Positions 1 to 17,246 of a DNA stretch of 64,000 bases are shown piece after piece (position 1 is the first letter of the stretch; each line of letters begins with the position of its first letter). The notes under the pieces are model-generated. The model ran no database searches and had not been told where the DNA came from. It saw only the letters and a list, made by a program, of their open reading frames with translations. Source of the DNA: Eledone cirrhosa (lineage: Eukaryota); the NCBI GenBank assembly GCA_964016885.1, contig OZ024763.1, positions 12,772,001 through 12,836,000 of the forward strand, written 5' to 3'. Both the position numbers and the translations under genes were made by a program.

Positions 1-190
1 TGTCTGTACGTATACATACTTACATATATATATATATATATATACTATTGTACGTCTGTATACATGCATATATATATATATATACACACACATATATATA
101 TATATATTATATATATATATATTATATATATATATATGCAGAGGTTATATTTAATTTATTGGGATTCAACAAGCTTAAAAATTATATGTA

Positions 191-241
<51 letters not shown>

Positions 242-814
242 CAGGTAATCTCTAATTCTGATATGACTTAATTCCACATATATGTTCGCTATATCTAAAT
301 CTCTCCTTCCTGTCTCTCCGAAAACGAGGCTCTTTCCAAGATCCAGGTTTTTTACTTGTTATCAGCGAAAATGGTTTCTGAACAACACTCGCCCCCGATG
401 TAAAAGTATTTAGCCAAATCCACGAGGATTAACAGCTTTAATATCACACCAAACATCATAGGATTCGTGTCGATTTAGCTTTGCTGTTTATATTCCTTCG
501 ATAGTACTGATTATCGCGATGTATATGTAACAGAAACGACGTAATAAAACAGTTGCAGCCTGATGACGTTCGTCGACCTCTCACCAGTCGTTATTGCTGT
601 TTGGAACGTGTTTTACTGAGAGGACAGGGCTGTGGTTTTAAGTGACGTCTTTAGATTTAATTTGTTTCTGGTGGGTGGCGTTCATTAAAGGATTATGTTT
701 GGGTTTGTGGATAGTAGTGGCTTGGTTTAGAATTGTTTACGTTCTAGTTAAGGCGATTAGTAGTATTATGCGCGTGTATACACACACACACTATGCTGTT
801 TTGATGATAACAGC

Positions 815-1957
815 CTCAGTCCTATCATGTTACAACTCACACTTATGTAGGTTTAGCTGGCCTTTTACGAGGTTGTATCTGATGAGGTTTGTTGAGTGTT
901 TCAGTAATAGGGGAGCCAGTCCTATCATGTTCTTGTTGTTATAACTCACACCTATATAGGTGTAGCTGGCTTCCTACTAGTTTGCATCTCATAGGAGGTG
1001 TCACAGATCTTTTAATGATAGGGTGACCCGGGCCCTGTTATGTTATAGCTCACACCTATATAGGTGTAGCTGGCTTCCTACTAGTTTGCATCTCATAGGA
1101 GGTGTCTCAGATCTTTTAATGATAGGGTGACCCGGGCCCTGTTATGTTATAGCTCATACCTATATAAGTGTAGCTGACTTCCTATGGAAGTTTCTTTGTT
1201 GTTTTAAAGATAGGGGTCTCAGTACTATCATGTTGTTGTTGTTGTTACATCTATGCTGGTTTAGGTGGTCACCTATGAGGTAACTCATAGGAGGTTTCAT
1301 GGGTGTTTTAATAAAAGGGCTCCCACTCCTATCATGTTACAGCTCACACCTATGTAGGTGTAGCTAGTCTCCTACAAGGTTGTATCTCATGGTAGGATTC
1401 TTTGGTGTTTTAATGAAAGGGACCCCAGTCCTATCATGTTACAGCTCAAACCTAGGTAGGTTTATCTGGTCTCCTAGAAGGCTGTAACTCATAAGGTGTT
1501 TCATGGGTATTTTAATGATAGGGACCCCAGTCCTATCATGTTGTTCTTAGAGCTCACACTTATGTAGGTTTAGCTGGTCTCCTACAAGGTGGTACCTCAT
1601 AGGCGGTTTCTTGTGTGTTTTAATGATAGCGACCCCAGTCCTATCATGTTACAGCTCAAATCTAGGTAGGTTTATCTGGTCTCCTAGAAGGCTGTAACTC
1701 ATAAGGTGTTTCATGGGTATTTTAATGATAGGGACCCCAGTCCTATCATCTTGTTCTTAGAGCTCACACTTATGTAGGTTTAGCTGGTCTCCTACAAGGT
1801 GGTACCTCATAGGCGGTTTCTTGTGTGTTTTAATGATAGCGACCCCAGTCCTATCATGTTACAGCTCAAACCTATGTAGGTTTGGCTGGTCTCCTACAAG
1901 GTTGTATCACATGGTAGGTTTCTTGTGTGTTTTAGTGAAAAGGGCTCCAGTCCTATT
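815..1957. repeat. Minisatellite, about 100-108 bp unit, about 11 diverged copies
   Basis: Recurring 'gaccccagtcctatcatgttacagctcacacctatgtaggtttagctggtctcctacaagg...ttttaatgatagg' at about 817, 917, 1031, 1135, 1220, 1324, 1426, 1528, 1636, 1738, 1846, 1947. Confidence 0.9.
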
Positions 1958-2024
1958 AATATGATTTCCCGGTCATATTACGAAAAGCCACGTGACATGA
2001 GGCCTCATGCTCTAGAACCCAACT

Positions 2025-2100
2025 CGCCATCCGACCTAGGAATCGAACCTACGTCCTTATGGTCGTGTGTCTACCACCCTAACCTCTACACCAGGTGCCT
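2025..2100 (-). mobile_element. tRNA-derived SINE head / tRNA-like pseudogene
   Basis: Reverse complement reads ggcaccTGGTGTAGAGGTTAggg...GGTTCGATTCCtagg, with Pol III A and B boxes at tRNA spacing; no proper acceptor stem. Confidence 0.65.
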
Positions 2101-2357
2101 TCCTATTTCCAAATCCAGATCTACTTTTCACACTACACATCAACCACCTACCCTAACTCCCAGCCAGCCATATTCTATAAATCCTGTAATTACAATTAAC
2201 ATATAATTAGTCGTTTCTGGTTAAGATTATATCGGATTACAGTGATTAACGAACCGTTAATAGCTTGGGAGCGCCATATTGGAATTCACATGCAGTAGCT
2301 GCAACACCACATACACACGCATATAGATAGATACACACACTTGTGTATCTCTCTCTC

Positions 2358-2402
<45 letters not shown>

Positions 2403-2532
2403 CATATATATATATAGAGATATATAAATTTATATAAACACACATACACACACACATACATACACACACACACATACATACATCTAGTAATTAAATGCAA
2501 ATGTCAAGATACTGAGAAGACTCGATAAAGTA

Positions 2533-2599
<67 letters not shown>

Positions 2600-2640
2600 C
2601 TCTTTTACCTGTTTCAGCCATCCGGCTGAGGCCATATATA

Positions 2641-2738
2641 GAAAAAAGTTTAACCCCGACGACAGAGCTGGACTCAGAAATAGCCAGAAATAGCCGCCGA
2701 AACGGCTTGAGCTCTGCCGTCGGGGTTAAACTTTTTTT

Positions 2739-2739
<1 letters not shown>
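2641..2739. mobile_element. Fold-back copy of a short interspersed repeat (family A), embedded in (TA)n
   Basis: Arms 2641-2669 and 2710-2739 are near-perfect reverse complements; 'gaaacggcttgagctc.gccgtcgggg' is shared with 9101, 14160, 37120, 46420. Confidence 0.75.
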
Positions 2740-2799
<60 letters not shown>

Positions 2800-3004
2800 T
2801 TATTTATCTATATATATGTATATAGACGAGTGTGTGTTGGTAGAAATCCGTAGATGGAAGATCAAGGAAAGCAGTGCTCAGTCTGTTGATTATTTAGTAT
2901 AAATAAAGTTTCATACACTTAACATGCGTGTTACCATTGGTTTCAGGGTCCAGTCATGGCCACCACTGTATATTGGACAAGGCATTTTTAAACTAGCCCT
3001 TCAT

Positions 3005-3066
<62 letters not shown>

Positions 3067-3186
3067 GTGTATATATATATATAGGACCCGTCCAACCCTT
3101 GCTAGCAGGGAAAAGCGGACGTAAAATGATGATGATGATGATATAGAATGTGTATATATTTATATATATATAAATATATATATATA

Positions 3187-3249
<63 letters not shown>

Positions 3250-3440
3250 ATGTGTATATATATATATGTTTTTATATATATATATATATATAATGTGTAT
3301 ATATATATACATATAACGCGCGCGCGCGTGCATGCGCGTGTGCGCGTGTGTATATATATATATATATATAGGTAGGACGGTGTTGTCAAGTGGGAAAAAC
3401 CGTCCAACCCATGCTACCGAGGAAGATGGACGTTAAACGA

Positions 3441-3474
<34 letters not shown>

Positions 3475-3495
3475 CGGGGTCCACGTGCGTGTCTG

Positions 3496-3530
<35 letters not shown>

Positions 3531-3970
3531 CATACAACATGACTATAGAATCACCAGATAAAATATATACCATTTCCTCTCCCAATTAGCATAATTATCC
3601 ATATATTTTAATTTATTAACTCTTCATTGAGCCACAAAGTGACATTCGATACCTGGATATTAGCCATACATTTTCGTAGAATACTTAAGTTTCCTGTAGT
3701 TAGAAGTGATCTACTCACATATACTAACTACCAACCACCAGTTCGTTTAAAAGTATGTACTTTCGGTGTTTGAAATAGTGGATATTTTTTCTCGGGTCTC
3801 AAAAGTCTATTCGTGAGAGAGAAAAATCAAGCTACAGACATTCGATTTATGTGTGTATATTTTGTATGTAAGTGTGTAAGTGTGTAAGTGTGTATGTGTG
3901 CATCGCTATGAGTGTGTTTACTGTACATATGCTTATTCTCATAGATGAATAGACAAATATTGCTAATATG

Positions 3971-4017
<47 letters not shown>

Positions 4018-4094
4018 TCTTTGCACCAGCAAGCCCACATTCACTCCCCATATATATATTACGACTGCAAGTCCAACATATTTACCACTAGACC

Positions 4095-4213
<119 letters not shown>

Positions 4214-4428
4214 CACACATATATATATATATATATATATCACGATACATTAACGGAGCCATAGACTCTCGCCGTTATATATATACACACACACATACAT
4301 ATATACATATATATACACATATATACACATATATATATACATATATATATATATTTATGTATACATACATTACATATACACACACACACACGTATATATA
4401 TATATATATACATACATACACACATAGG

Positions 4429-4469
<41 letters not shown>

Positions 4470-4533
4470 GTATCCTGTTTGTGTATGTTCATATAGATAT
4501 GGCGCATATGTTAATATTTAATGGATGTGCATG

Positions 4534-4613
<80 letters not shown>

Positions 4614-4972
4614 CATCTTACACATTTACTAATGATATCAATGCAAAATACACGCGAAAAAACAAAAACAAAATGGCCGCCGTTCATATCTACACTACAC
4701 AGCAATCATAATTTGCCTTGAAACATGTTGTCGTTTGTTTATAAATATATATAATTAGAGAGATATAGCATTATCTTAACACACACACACACACACGTAC
4801 ATACATATATATATATGTATATATATGTGTGTGTGTGTATACATATATATACGTACATACATACAAATCTGTACATGTATATGAAAATATGTATGTATGT
4901 ACATGTGTATGTATGTGTGTTTATATTTGTACAGATATATAGGTAGGAGTTTATATATATAAATATAGAAAC

Positions 4973-5003
<31 letters not shown>

Positions 5004-5667
5004 CATATATATACACACACACACACATCGAGTTATTAATATTGCGATAATATGTATATAAATATGTATATAATTATATACATGTATATAAAGAAAGAGA
5101 GAGAGAGAGCGAGAGAGAATGCAAAGCATATGCAAAATTGTATAAGTGTATTGTTCATAAATATATATTACCTCTTAACTACACACAGTTCTTGCCGTAC
5201 CCCATACCAGTTATACACACACACAATCATACACACACAATCATACACACAATCACACAATCATACACACACACACAATCATACACACACACATACAAAA
5301 TCATACACACATAATCACACACATACACACACAATCACATACAATCATACACACATAATCACACACACAAATATATATAAATATAGTGTTTAGAAAGACA
5401 AAGGAAACAAACATGTATGTATATATATGTATATACATATGTGTGTGTGTATATATATATGTGTGTGTGTGTGTGTGTATATATATACATATGTGTGTGT
5501 GTATATATATATGTGTGTATGTGTGTGTGTATATATATACATATGTGTGTGTGTGTGTGTGTAATTGATTGTCTATCACTTTACTCTGCTCTCCATAATT
5601 AGATAAGAATGATGACAGTGGTGGTGGTCATGGTGATATATTTATCTAATGATATTTTTCATTATTG

Positions 5668-5728
<61 letters not shown>

Positions 5729-6108
5729 TGTATGTGTGTGTATACATATATATACATATATACACCCACCCACATACACACACACATACATATGCACACA
5801 CATGTATATATATAAACACACATGTATATATATAAACACACACATATATATATACACACACACACATATCCACAGACACACACCCATATATACACACACA
5901 CACGCACACATATATATATAAACATACATATACACACACACACAAATACACACATCCACACATATATATATATACACACACACACCCATATATATATATA
6001 TATATATATACACACACCCATATATACACACACACATATATATATACACCACATACAAATATATATATACACACATATATATACACACACACATATATAC
6101 ACGTACAC

Positions 6109-6155
<47 letters not shown>

Positions 6156-6515
6156 CAAACATATTCGCGTGTAAATGTGTGTGTATATGTACTATATACT
6201 TTTATATTACCAAATTCACTCGTGTATGTGCGTGATGCGTTTATTAACACACACGCGCACACACACGCGAACACACACACACGCACGCACGCACACACAC
6301 ACAAATGTGTGCAAATATGTTTTATACTTATCATCATCATTATTAGACGCAATATGTCTATATATACGTATATATATGTATGTATATATATGTATATATA
6401 TGTATATATATATGTATATACATTTTTTTTCTCGTGCAATGGCCATACTCGATAACGAGGGGGCATCCATCATGTATATATGTATGTATATATGTATGTA
6501 TATATATGTATATAC

Positions 6516-6550
<35 letters not shown>

Positions 6551-6748
6551 CAAATATATACATATACAAATATATACATACATATACAAATATATACATA
6601 TATATATATATACAAATATATACATACATATATATATATACATACATATATAAACATATATATATACATACATACATATACAAATATATACATACATATA
6701 TATATATATACATACATACATACATATATATATATATATACATATATA

Positions 6749-6788
<40 letters not shown>

Positions 6789-6914
6789 TATATACATACA
6801 TCATAGATACATATACATACATATATATATACATATATATATACATACATATACACATACATATACATCATATAGATACATATACATACATATATATATA
6901 CATATATATATACA

Positions 6915-6946
<32 letters not shown>

Positions 6947-6957
6947 CATATATATAC

Positions 6958-7034
<77 letters not shown>

Positions 7035-7621
7035 CATATATATATATACATATATATATATACATATATATATATACATATATATATATACATATATATA
7101 TATACATATATATATACAAACATACATATATATACATATATATACATACATACATATATATACATATATATACATACATACATATATATACATATATATA
7201 CATACATACATATATATACATATATATACATATATATACATACATATATATACATATATATACATATATATACATACATATACATACATACATACATACA
7301 TATACATACATATATATACATACATACATATACATACATACATATACATACATATATATACATATATATACATACATATATATATATATACATACATATA
7401 CATACATACACATATTTACATACATACGTACACATACATACATACATACATACACATACATACATACATACATATATATATATACTTACATATATATATA
7501 TACATATATCACACATATATATACATATATACACATTGTATTGTTTATTATACATTAAATATTTAGCTCTGTAACTTACATAGAGCACTCTTCATTCCTG
7601 ACTTCTTCAACGGAAACCTCA

Positions 7622-7675
<54 letters not shown>

Positions 7676-7932
7676 CACACACATATATACACACACACAC
7701 ACACATACACATATATATATATACACACACACACATATATATATATATATACACACACACACATATATATATATATACACACACACACTATATATATACA
7801 CACACACACAAATATATATATATATACACACACACATATATATATATACACACACACACATATATATATATACACACACATATATATATATACACACACA
7901 CATACATATATATATATACACACACACATACA

Positions 7933-7968
<36 letters not shown>

Positions 7969-8386
7969 CACACACACATATATATATACACACACACATA
8001 TATATATACACACACACATATATATATACACACACACATACATATATATATACACACACACACTACATATATATATATACACACACACACACACATATAT
8101 ACACACACACACACACTACTAATACAAATATACAATCAACACAAATAAACAGACATTGATAGGGAAGTGGGAATTGTAAATATAGAATTATATCTTATAT
8201 ATAATTATATTATATATATATATAATTACATTATGTTCATATGTTGGTGATATATGGATTGGATGAGAGAGAGATCAAGAGAGAGAGAGAGATCAAGAGA
8301 GAGAGAGAGATCAAGAGAGAGAGAGAGAGGGAGATATGTGGTTGTATATATAATTGATAGAGAGAGAGAAAAATAAATACATACAT

Positions 8387-8456
<70 letters not shown>

Positions 8457-8602
8457 GAGAGAAAGAAAGAGAGAGAGATAGAGAGAGAGGTGTGGTTATG
8501 TATATAGTTGATAGAGAGAGAGAGAGAAAAAATAAATACATACATACATTATATATATATATATATATATATAAAGAGAGATATATATATAGAGAGAGAG
8601 AA

Positions 8603-8635
<33 letters not shown>

Positions 8636-9070
8636 AAGAGATGTGTGTGTGGGTATATATAATTGATAGATAAATGGAAAGGTAGATTCAAAGATACTTG
8701 CGAATATTAATACACACACCACACTCATACACCCATATATATACACACACACATACACACACATATATATATATATATACACATATATATATACATACAC
8801 ACACATGCATATATATATATATATATATATATTTATACACACATTTATAGACACACACACGTGCATATATATATATATATTTATACACACATTTATAGAC
8901 ACACACACCTCACACTTATATACACACACACACACCTCACACTTATATACACACACACACACACCTCACACTTATATACACACACACACACACCTCACAC
9001 TTATATACACACACACACACACACACCTCACACTTATATACACACACACACACACACCTCACACTTATAT

Positions 9071-9100
<30 letters not shown>

Positions 9101-9101
<1 letters not shown>

Positions 9102-9199
9102 GAAACGATTAGGACCCCGACGGCTGAGCTCAAGCCGTTTCGACGGCTAATTCTGGACTCTAATTATGGTCCACCTGGTTCCTTACCACATTTCCTTCG

Positions 9200-9202
<3 letters not shown>
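9101..9202. mobile_element. Family A repeat fragment with internal inversion
   Basis: 9111-9160 is the reverse complement of the 14160-14207 segment, while 9165-9200 matches 14260-14295 directly. Confidence 0.75.
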
Positions 9203-9248
<46 letters not shown>

Positions 9249-9658
9249 AACACAAACACACACACACACACACACATATATACATACACAAACATTTATC
9301 TATAAGCACTTAGGTCTGCCAAGTCAAATCTTTATAGTGTGTATATTACAGGGCAAATCGTTGATATTTGTGTAATATTGGAATTAATGTTTGACTTGTA
9401 AAGTGATGCTGCGGTAGGGCTTCTGTTTTTAACCGTTCTACTGCGGCTTCAGGCGGTACAGGACGTGAAGGTTTAACAACTGACAAGCAAATGTTTGGTA
9501 TGGCCCATATGGCCCCACAATATCTGGCACATAACCACAACAGTTGGAGACGACTGGTGTATACAGCAGGCCATACCAACAACCCTACACCACTACCAAG
9601 TCTTGAGGAGGGCCCAAAGAAGCAAGCAATGTATTCCGGTTACTCCATCTCTACACGA

Positions 9659-9815
9659 GGCGGCGAATTGGCAGAGTAGTTGGAACGTCTGAGAGAATAC
9701 TTGGCAGTATTTGTTCAGTCTCTCGAATCTCTGAGTTCAAATCCCACCGAGGTCAACTTTGCCTTTCATTCAATTCCACGTCGATAAAAGAAGTACCAGC
9801 CAAGTATTGGGGTGG
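9659..9815 (+). mobile_element. tRNA-derived SINE (family S1)
   Basis: A box tggcagagtagtt, B box gagttcaaatcc, body 'gaggtcaactttgcctttcat...gtcgataaaa..aagtaccag' repeated many times in the window. Confidence 0.85.
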
Positions 9816-9830
9816 AATCTTCCTCTATAC

Positions 9831-10119
9831 CAAACATGGACAACATTTTTCGAGAAGCGGGCCACATGAGACATGTCTCATCATCAGGAGGGCCGCAAGC
9901 GCTAATTTACATTCGTGCCCACATTAAAAAAGGGCGGTAACTCAGGTTATTTTGATTTGTTTCTTCAGAATTCGTACACGTTGTTCTCCTCGATCGTAAA
10001 AAGGATAGAAAGATAAATTACGACTGAAAGGTTTGGGTAAACAAATCAGAAAGATTTCACTAAGGTAACTTAGGCGAGCCATTCAGAACGCTTCGCGGGC
10101 CGCAGGTTGCCCATTGCTG
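9831..10119. mobile_element. hAT-type MITE with 8-bp TSD
   Basis: Imperfect TIRs caaacatggacaac / gttgcccattgctg (10 of 14 match); flanks ctctatac (9823-9830) and ctctatat (10120-10127); empty-site paralog at about 51550-51730. Confidence 0.75.
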
Positions 10120-10267
10120 CTCTATATCTTTCTTACTTTCATTCTTTCTCTGTCTATCTCTGAAAGAAATATGCTGTATTCAGGCTTGGAGAATAGATGA
10201 ACTCCAACAGGTTTTAAAATGCCCAAGAGACGCCGTATGTCAATACGATGTCTCTACGACTCCCTCT

Positions 10268-11027
10268 ATTTTTTATATGCATGTCGAGATATACATACAT
10301 ACATACATATATATATATAGACACATACAATATTTTATATGTATGTCGAGATATACATACATACATATATATATATAGACACATACAATATTTTATATGT
10401 ATGTCGAGATATATATATACATACATACATACACATATATATAGACACATACAATATTTTATATGTATGTCGAGATATATATACATACATACATACATAC
10501 ATATATATAGACACATACAATATTTTATATGTATGTCGAGATATATATACATACATACATACATATATATTGACACATACAATATTTTATATGCATGTCG
10601 AGATATATACATATATACATACATACATATATATTGACACATACAATATTTTATATGCATGTCGAGATATACATACATACATACATATATATATATATAG
10701 ACACACAATATTTTATATGTATGTCGAGATATACATACATACATACATATATATATTGACACATACAATATTTTATATGCATGTCGTGATATACATACAT
10801 ATATATAGACACATACAATATTTTATATGTATGTCGAGATATATATATACATACATACATATATATATAGACACATACAATATTTTATATGTATGTCGAG
10901 ATATATATATACATACATACATATATATATATATAGACACATACAATATTTTATATGTATGTCGAGATATACATATATACATACATACATATATATAGAC
11001 ACATACAATATTTTATATGCATGTCGA
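10268..11027. repeat. Minisatellite, about 55-66 bp unit with variable (TA)/(TACA) segment
   Basis: Constant core 'gacacatacaatattttatatgtatgtcgagatata' repeated about 12 times. Confidence 0.9.
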
Positions 11028-11074
11028 GTGAAAGAAATTCATGTTATTACATTCTGACTCCCCTTCTACCTCTT

Positions 11075-11123
<49 letters not shown>

Positions 11124-11354
11124 ACCTCACTACGCTGACAGTATCTCTATCAACACCCTCTCTCTGTTTCACTTACCCTATCGTACTCTTCTACTCCTCT
11201 CTCTCTACCACACACAATCCATCTCTCTCTTTACCTCTCTTTACTATTCCATATACAATTATTCTGTTATTCAATAATTCCTATTTGGTATTGGGTTGAG
11301 AAATATTGTTTTTTTCTAAACACGCGCACACTGAAAAGGTTTATAGAAATGGAA

Positions 11355-11403
<49 letters not shown>

Positions 11404-11475
11404 CATATATATATATATATATATATGTGTGTGTATCTGTGTGTGTGTAGTTATGTTGCTTATAGCAATTTTGTT

Positions 11476-11512
<37 letters not shown>

Positions 11513-11581
11513 GTGTATATATATATATAAATAAATAAATAATTATATATACATGTGTATATATATATATATATATAAATA

Positions 11582-11623
<42 letters not shown>

Positions 11624-11699
11624 GCGCGTGTGTATTGCAATGTTGTTTATATACACACACACACACACACACACATACATACATACACACATACACACA

Positions 11700-11745
<46 letters not shown>

Positions 11746-12004
11746 TACATACAAACACATTTGTACTTATTTTGCCAGGCTGTCTTCGTCTAACTGTATA
11801 GTTGTATTTCCTCCACATCACAGCCTGTAAATTGCTTGTTTATTATTGCTATATCAACAAAGCCGCCATTACTTTCAACGACGCCTTTCTCTATCTCTAA
11901 TCTTGTTAGCAATTTTTAATATTCTTTTGCGTCCAATTCTTGTCAAACTGACAGTTTAGCGAGAGGCAGATATCGAACAAATAACAATAACAACAATAAT
12001 AGGG

Positions 12005-12142
<138 letters not shown>

Positions 12143-12453
12143 ATACATAAACACGTATGCGCACACTTAGAAAATCTGAACGTTTTCTATATAGGCTGGA
12201 TATAATATAAACACCCACACACGCACGCACACACACATTATATATATATATATATATATTATATATACATACATACATACATACATACATACACACATAT
12301 ATATATATATATATGCACGGACACGCACAGACACACACACACACGCATACACACACACATATATATATACTTACATACATACATACACACCACACACATA
12401 TATATATACATACATACACAGATATATATATATATCACGCACGCACACACATA

Positions 12454-12507
<54 letters not shown>

Positions 12508-14070
12508 ACAACAACAACAACAACAACAATAAAAAATAACAGGATGACAGTTGAAAGTGGACAGTGAAAGAAGGTGATGATTTCTAGGTGTTTCAGTATT
12601 GATGGTGGTGGTCATTAATGGAAACAGTGATGGCAGCAGGGTGGTGGTGGTGGTGGTGTGATGTCTGGGGTTGGGAAACCAGTCACAAGGGACATGACTA
12701 TCATATAACGGTTTCGAATCATAAATAATAAAAGTGGAGATCAATGTTTCACAGCAAATCTATGTCTCCAGATTCTCAGTTCTTTCAACGAGACAAAACG
12801 TGGCCGCCATATTTGTTGTATAAGAAACTTATCTTACTGATAACTCTCACTGATAAATATTCATTCATTCCTACACACATACAACACACACACACACACA
12901 TAGGCATACATAAATACACACACACACATATATATATATATACATACACGTATATATGCATATATATACGTACATTTACATATATATACACATACATATA
13001 CACATATACATACATATACGCACATACACATATATATACGCACATACACATATATATACGCACATACACATATATATACGCACATACATATATGCACATA
13101 TACATACATACATACACACACGCACATATACATACATACATATATGCACATATACATACATACATACATACATACATACAGGCATATATACATACAGGCA
13201 CACATACATACAGGCACATATACATACAGGCACATATACATACATATATATACATATATATATATATAAATACGGACATATACATAATCTCATACACATA
13301 CATATACACACATACCGACACAATATATGCACGCTCATAAACATTCATATATATATAAATGCATACTCATACATGTGTGCGTGTGTACATATGCGCGGGT
13401 TTGTATATGCGTGTATACATATGCGCGTATGTGTGTGCATGTGTGTGTATATAATGCGTGTGTTGTATGTGTCTGTGTGCGTGTGTGTGTATGTATACAT
13501 AAGCGCGTTTGTGTGTGTGTGCATCACTAAGGCTATCCATAAATCTATATTACCCTATATCTATTCCCGTGTGTAATCTCTCTCACACACACACACACAC
13601 ACACACCTCATTCATCTATTATTATCATCATCATCATCATCATCATTTTTATTATTTGATGCCAAAGCTTATTGAATCTTAACTCTGAATGTCACGCTTC
13701 CAATTGTAGTAACGATTGATGGAGGATAACGTCACTACAATGTATAATATATAAAGGAAAAATATTAGGAAATGCCTCGAAATATGATTGGTTAACTCTA
13801 CATCAACATTTGATCTGTTGTCAAAAGAAATCTCTCTTAGAAAACAAGTTTCTTTTTGATCTCTGCACTCCCATGAGGAGAATGTGACAAGATATTTTTG
13901 TCCATTCACGTGTGTGTGAGGGGGGGGGGGGGGGGAAATACGTGAAATATCACCTCGAGAGTTCCATGGATAAAAATCACTTGAGTAAAGGAAATGTGTC
14001 TTAACAATTCCAATACCAAATTCCCTGGAACCACCTCTCGTTCTACACTACAAAAGCATTTATTTTAAAG

Positions 14071-14122
<52 letters not shown>

Positions 14123-14126
<4 letters not shown>

Positions 14127-14296
14127 CAGAAATTCAGTCCAGAATTAGTCCAGAATTCAGTCCAGAATTAGCCGTCGAAACGGCTTGAGCTCAGCCGTCG
14201 GGGTCCTACTCGTTCCTATTACCCACTCTACTACCCTAAGTATTGAGTACTGTGGTGCGTTATGGTCCACCTGGTTCCTTACCACATTTCCTTCGG

Positions 14297-14297
<1 letters not shown>
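14123..14297 (+). mobile_element. Family A repeat, colinear copy with reiterated 5' end
   Basis: 'agtccagaatt' occurs 4 times, then the family A body ending 'ccacctggttccttaccacatttccttcg'; flanked by (TA)n and (GA)n. Confidence 0.75.
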
Positions 14298-14372
<75 letters not shown>

Positions 14373-14848
14373 AATTAGTATCAGTGCTCTGAAATAGCGA
14401 TGTATGTATTATGTATGTATTATAGTATATTTGATAATATACTGTATGTTTAGTTAAAAACATTTTGAAGACCATTCGCTATGAGTTTTAAAGTACTGAC
14501 TATGTCTCTTACTTAGTCTCGGCAAAAACAAAGGGAACCAACCGACAGCTGTTTCTCGCTCGTTAGCGGTTATCCAGATTGCATATTCCTTCGTTTCTGC
14601 GAGACATATATGTATGTATGTACGTATGTATGTATGTTATCTCTTTCTCTTAATTTCGAGTATATTTTTCTGACCGGCCATCTTCCTGGTGGCAAGGTTG
14701 TAAAAGAAAAGAAATTGTCATCCCTTGAATCGCAAGAATGTTTTGCAAATTTTGACGGTGCCAGATATTGCAGCCATTTGTAGACTATGAATTAGGGAGC
14801 TGCGCTCTTTGTCCGCAAATCCAAGTACAGTCATACTTTGGTCCAAGG

Positions 14849-15710
<862 letters not shown>

Positions 15711-15711
15711 T

Positions 15712-15905
15712 TTTGGCACAAGGCCAGAAATTCTGCGACAGGGGAAAGTCGATTATATCGACCCTAGTGCTTCACTGGTACTTTATTTTATTAACAACGG
15801 AAGGGTGAAAGACAGCGAGCGAGATTTGAACTGAGAACGGAAATAACCAGAACAAATACTGTGAAATATTTGTCTGACGCTCCACTGATTCTGTCATTCC
15901 ACCGA
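15712..15905 (-). mobile_element. SINE S1, diverged
   Basis: Reverse-complement tail 'ggcacaaggccag...actggtactttatttta' and B box 'gatttgaact'. Confidence 0.75.
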
Positions 15906-16848
15906 CCCTCATCAGATTAATAATTAAAAAAAAGGGTTGGTTATACGAAAATCATTGCTAATGTTTTTCATAGCAAATATGGTAACAAAAGGGGTAAAGT
16001 ATTTATCTCCGAACCTTCCATTATAATTTTTTGTAAGAATCGTTGTTAAGTTATGTTCCAAACATCAGTAATAATAAGAAACTTGGTTATATAATTAACT
16101 CTTTCAACATTCTTGAATATATTCGAAATTATTTAAAACTTACGCGCAGTGTCTTTCATTTGAGATATGGTAATTAAAGGGTTAATCAATTTTAGTGTTG
16201 CTGAATATATGTATGTTAAAGATTGTGAGGGAAATAAATGTTGCTATTCAATTTGTAGTAGGAAATTACACAAAAGAGATGCTGTACCACCTGCAATCAC
16301 CGATATAAAGTTACACGTGTTCTATAATAGACTGCTCTCATTGTTGTCATCTTTTGTCATTATATGTTGTCATCTTTTAGACTCCATATATATTTGAAAA
16401 ATCAAGTAGCAAGGTGTATCTGAACGTATACATATGTCGAAAGAATCTTCTTTTAAATAGTTTTGCAATGAGCACTTTGTAGCTGTTATTTTTTTTCAAA
16501 AATAAACATTATCTCGCAAAGTATTGCTTTAGAAAATTTACTACCGCTGTGAGGGAATATATTAAAGTTGTTGAAATTACAAAGAGTAGAAGATATTTTT
16601 TTCATGTTCGCATTGGAAAGGTTTATTCTATTCTTTCCCATTTATACTAACAAGTTTCTATATATTTACGCATTGATATATATATATATAACTCTGTGTG
16701 TGTGTGTGTGTGTGTACAAAATCATGTATGCGCATATATACATATAACATGAAAGAAACAGCTTTTGAAGCAACTGTATCTCATCGTCTTTATTATTGAA
16801 GATCATATATCTATGTTTTACGGCTAAATGCTTATGTATAAGGTTTGG

Positions 16849-16895
<47 letters not shown>

Positions 16896-17097
16896 CCCTC
16901 TGCGAAGACACATAGGCATAAGCATACACACAAGCATACACACAAACACATAAGCATACACACAAACATATTTGTATACATACACAAATATAATAAACAT
17001 ACAAACATAATCACATATACATAAATGTATACATTCATATACAAACACATACCACACACCTATAACATACATAAAACTCACGCACACGCATAAAGAT

Positions 17098-17128
<31 letters not shown>

Positions 17129-17201
17129 CACACATATATATATATAAAAACACATATATATATACACATATATATATATATACACACACATGTATACACA
17201 C

Positions 17202-17246
<45 letters not shown>

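Noticed and set aside
555-910. CTGATGA boxes at about 560 and 879 as hammerheads
   Set aside because: No following helix II plus GAAA plus UH arrangement
2025-2100. Functional tRNA gene
   Set aside because: A and B boxes are present but the acceptor stem does not pair; better explained as a SINE head
9310-9680. Short ORFs as a LINE or gene fragment
   Set aside because: No motif I can assign with confidence
10268-11027. CRISPR-like constant repeat with variable spacers
   Set aside because: The spacers are only TA/TACA slippage; no cas genes; eukaryotic context
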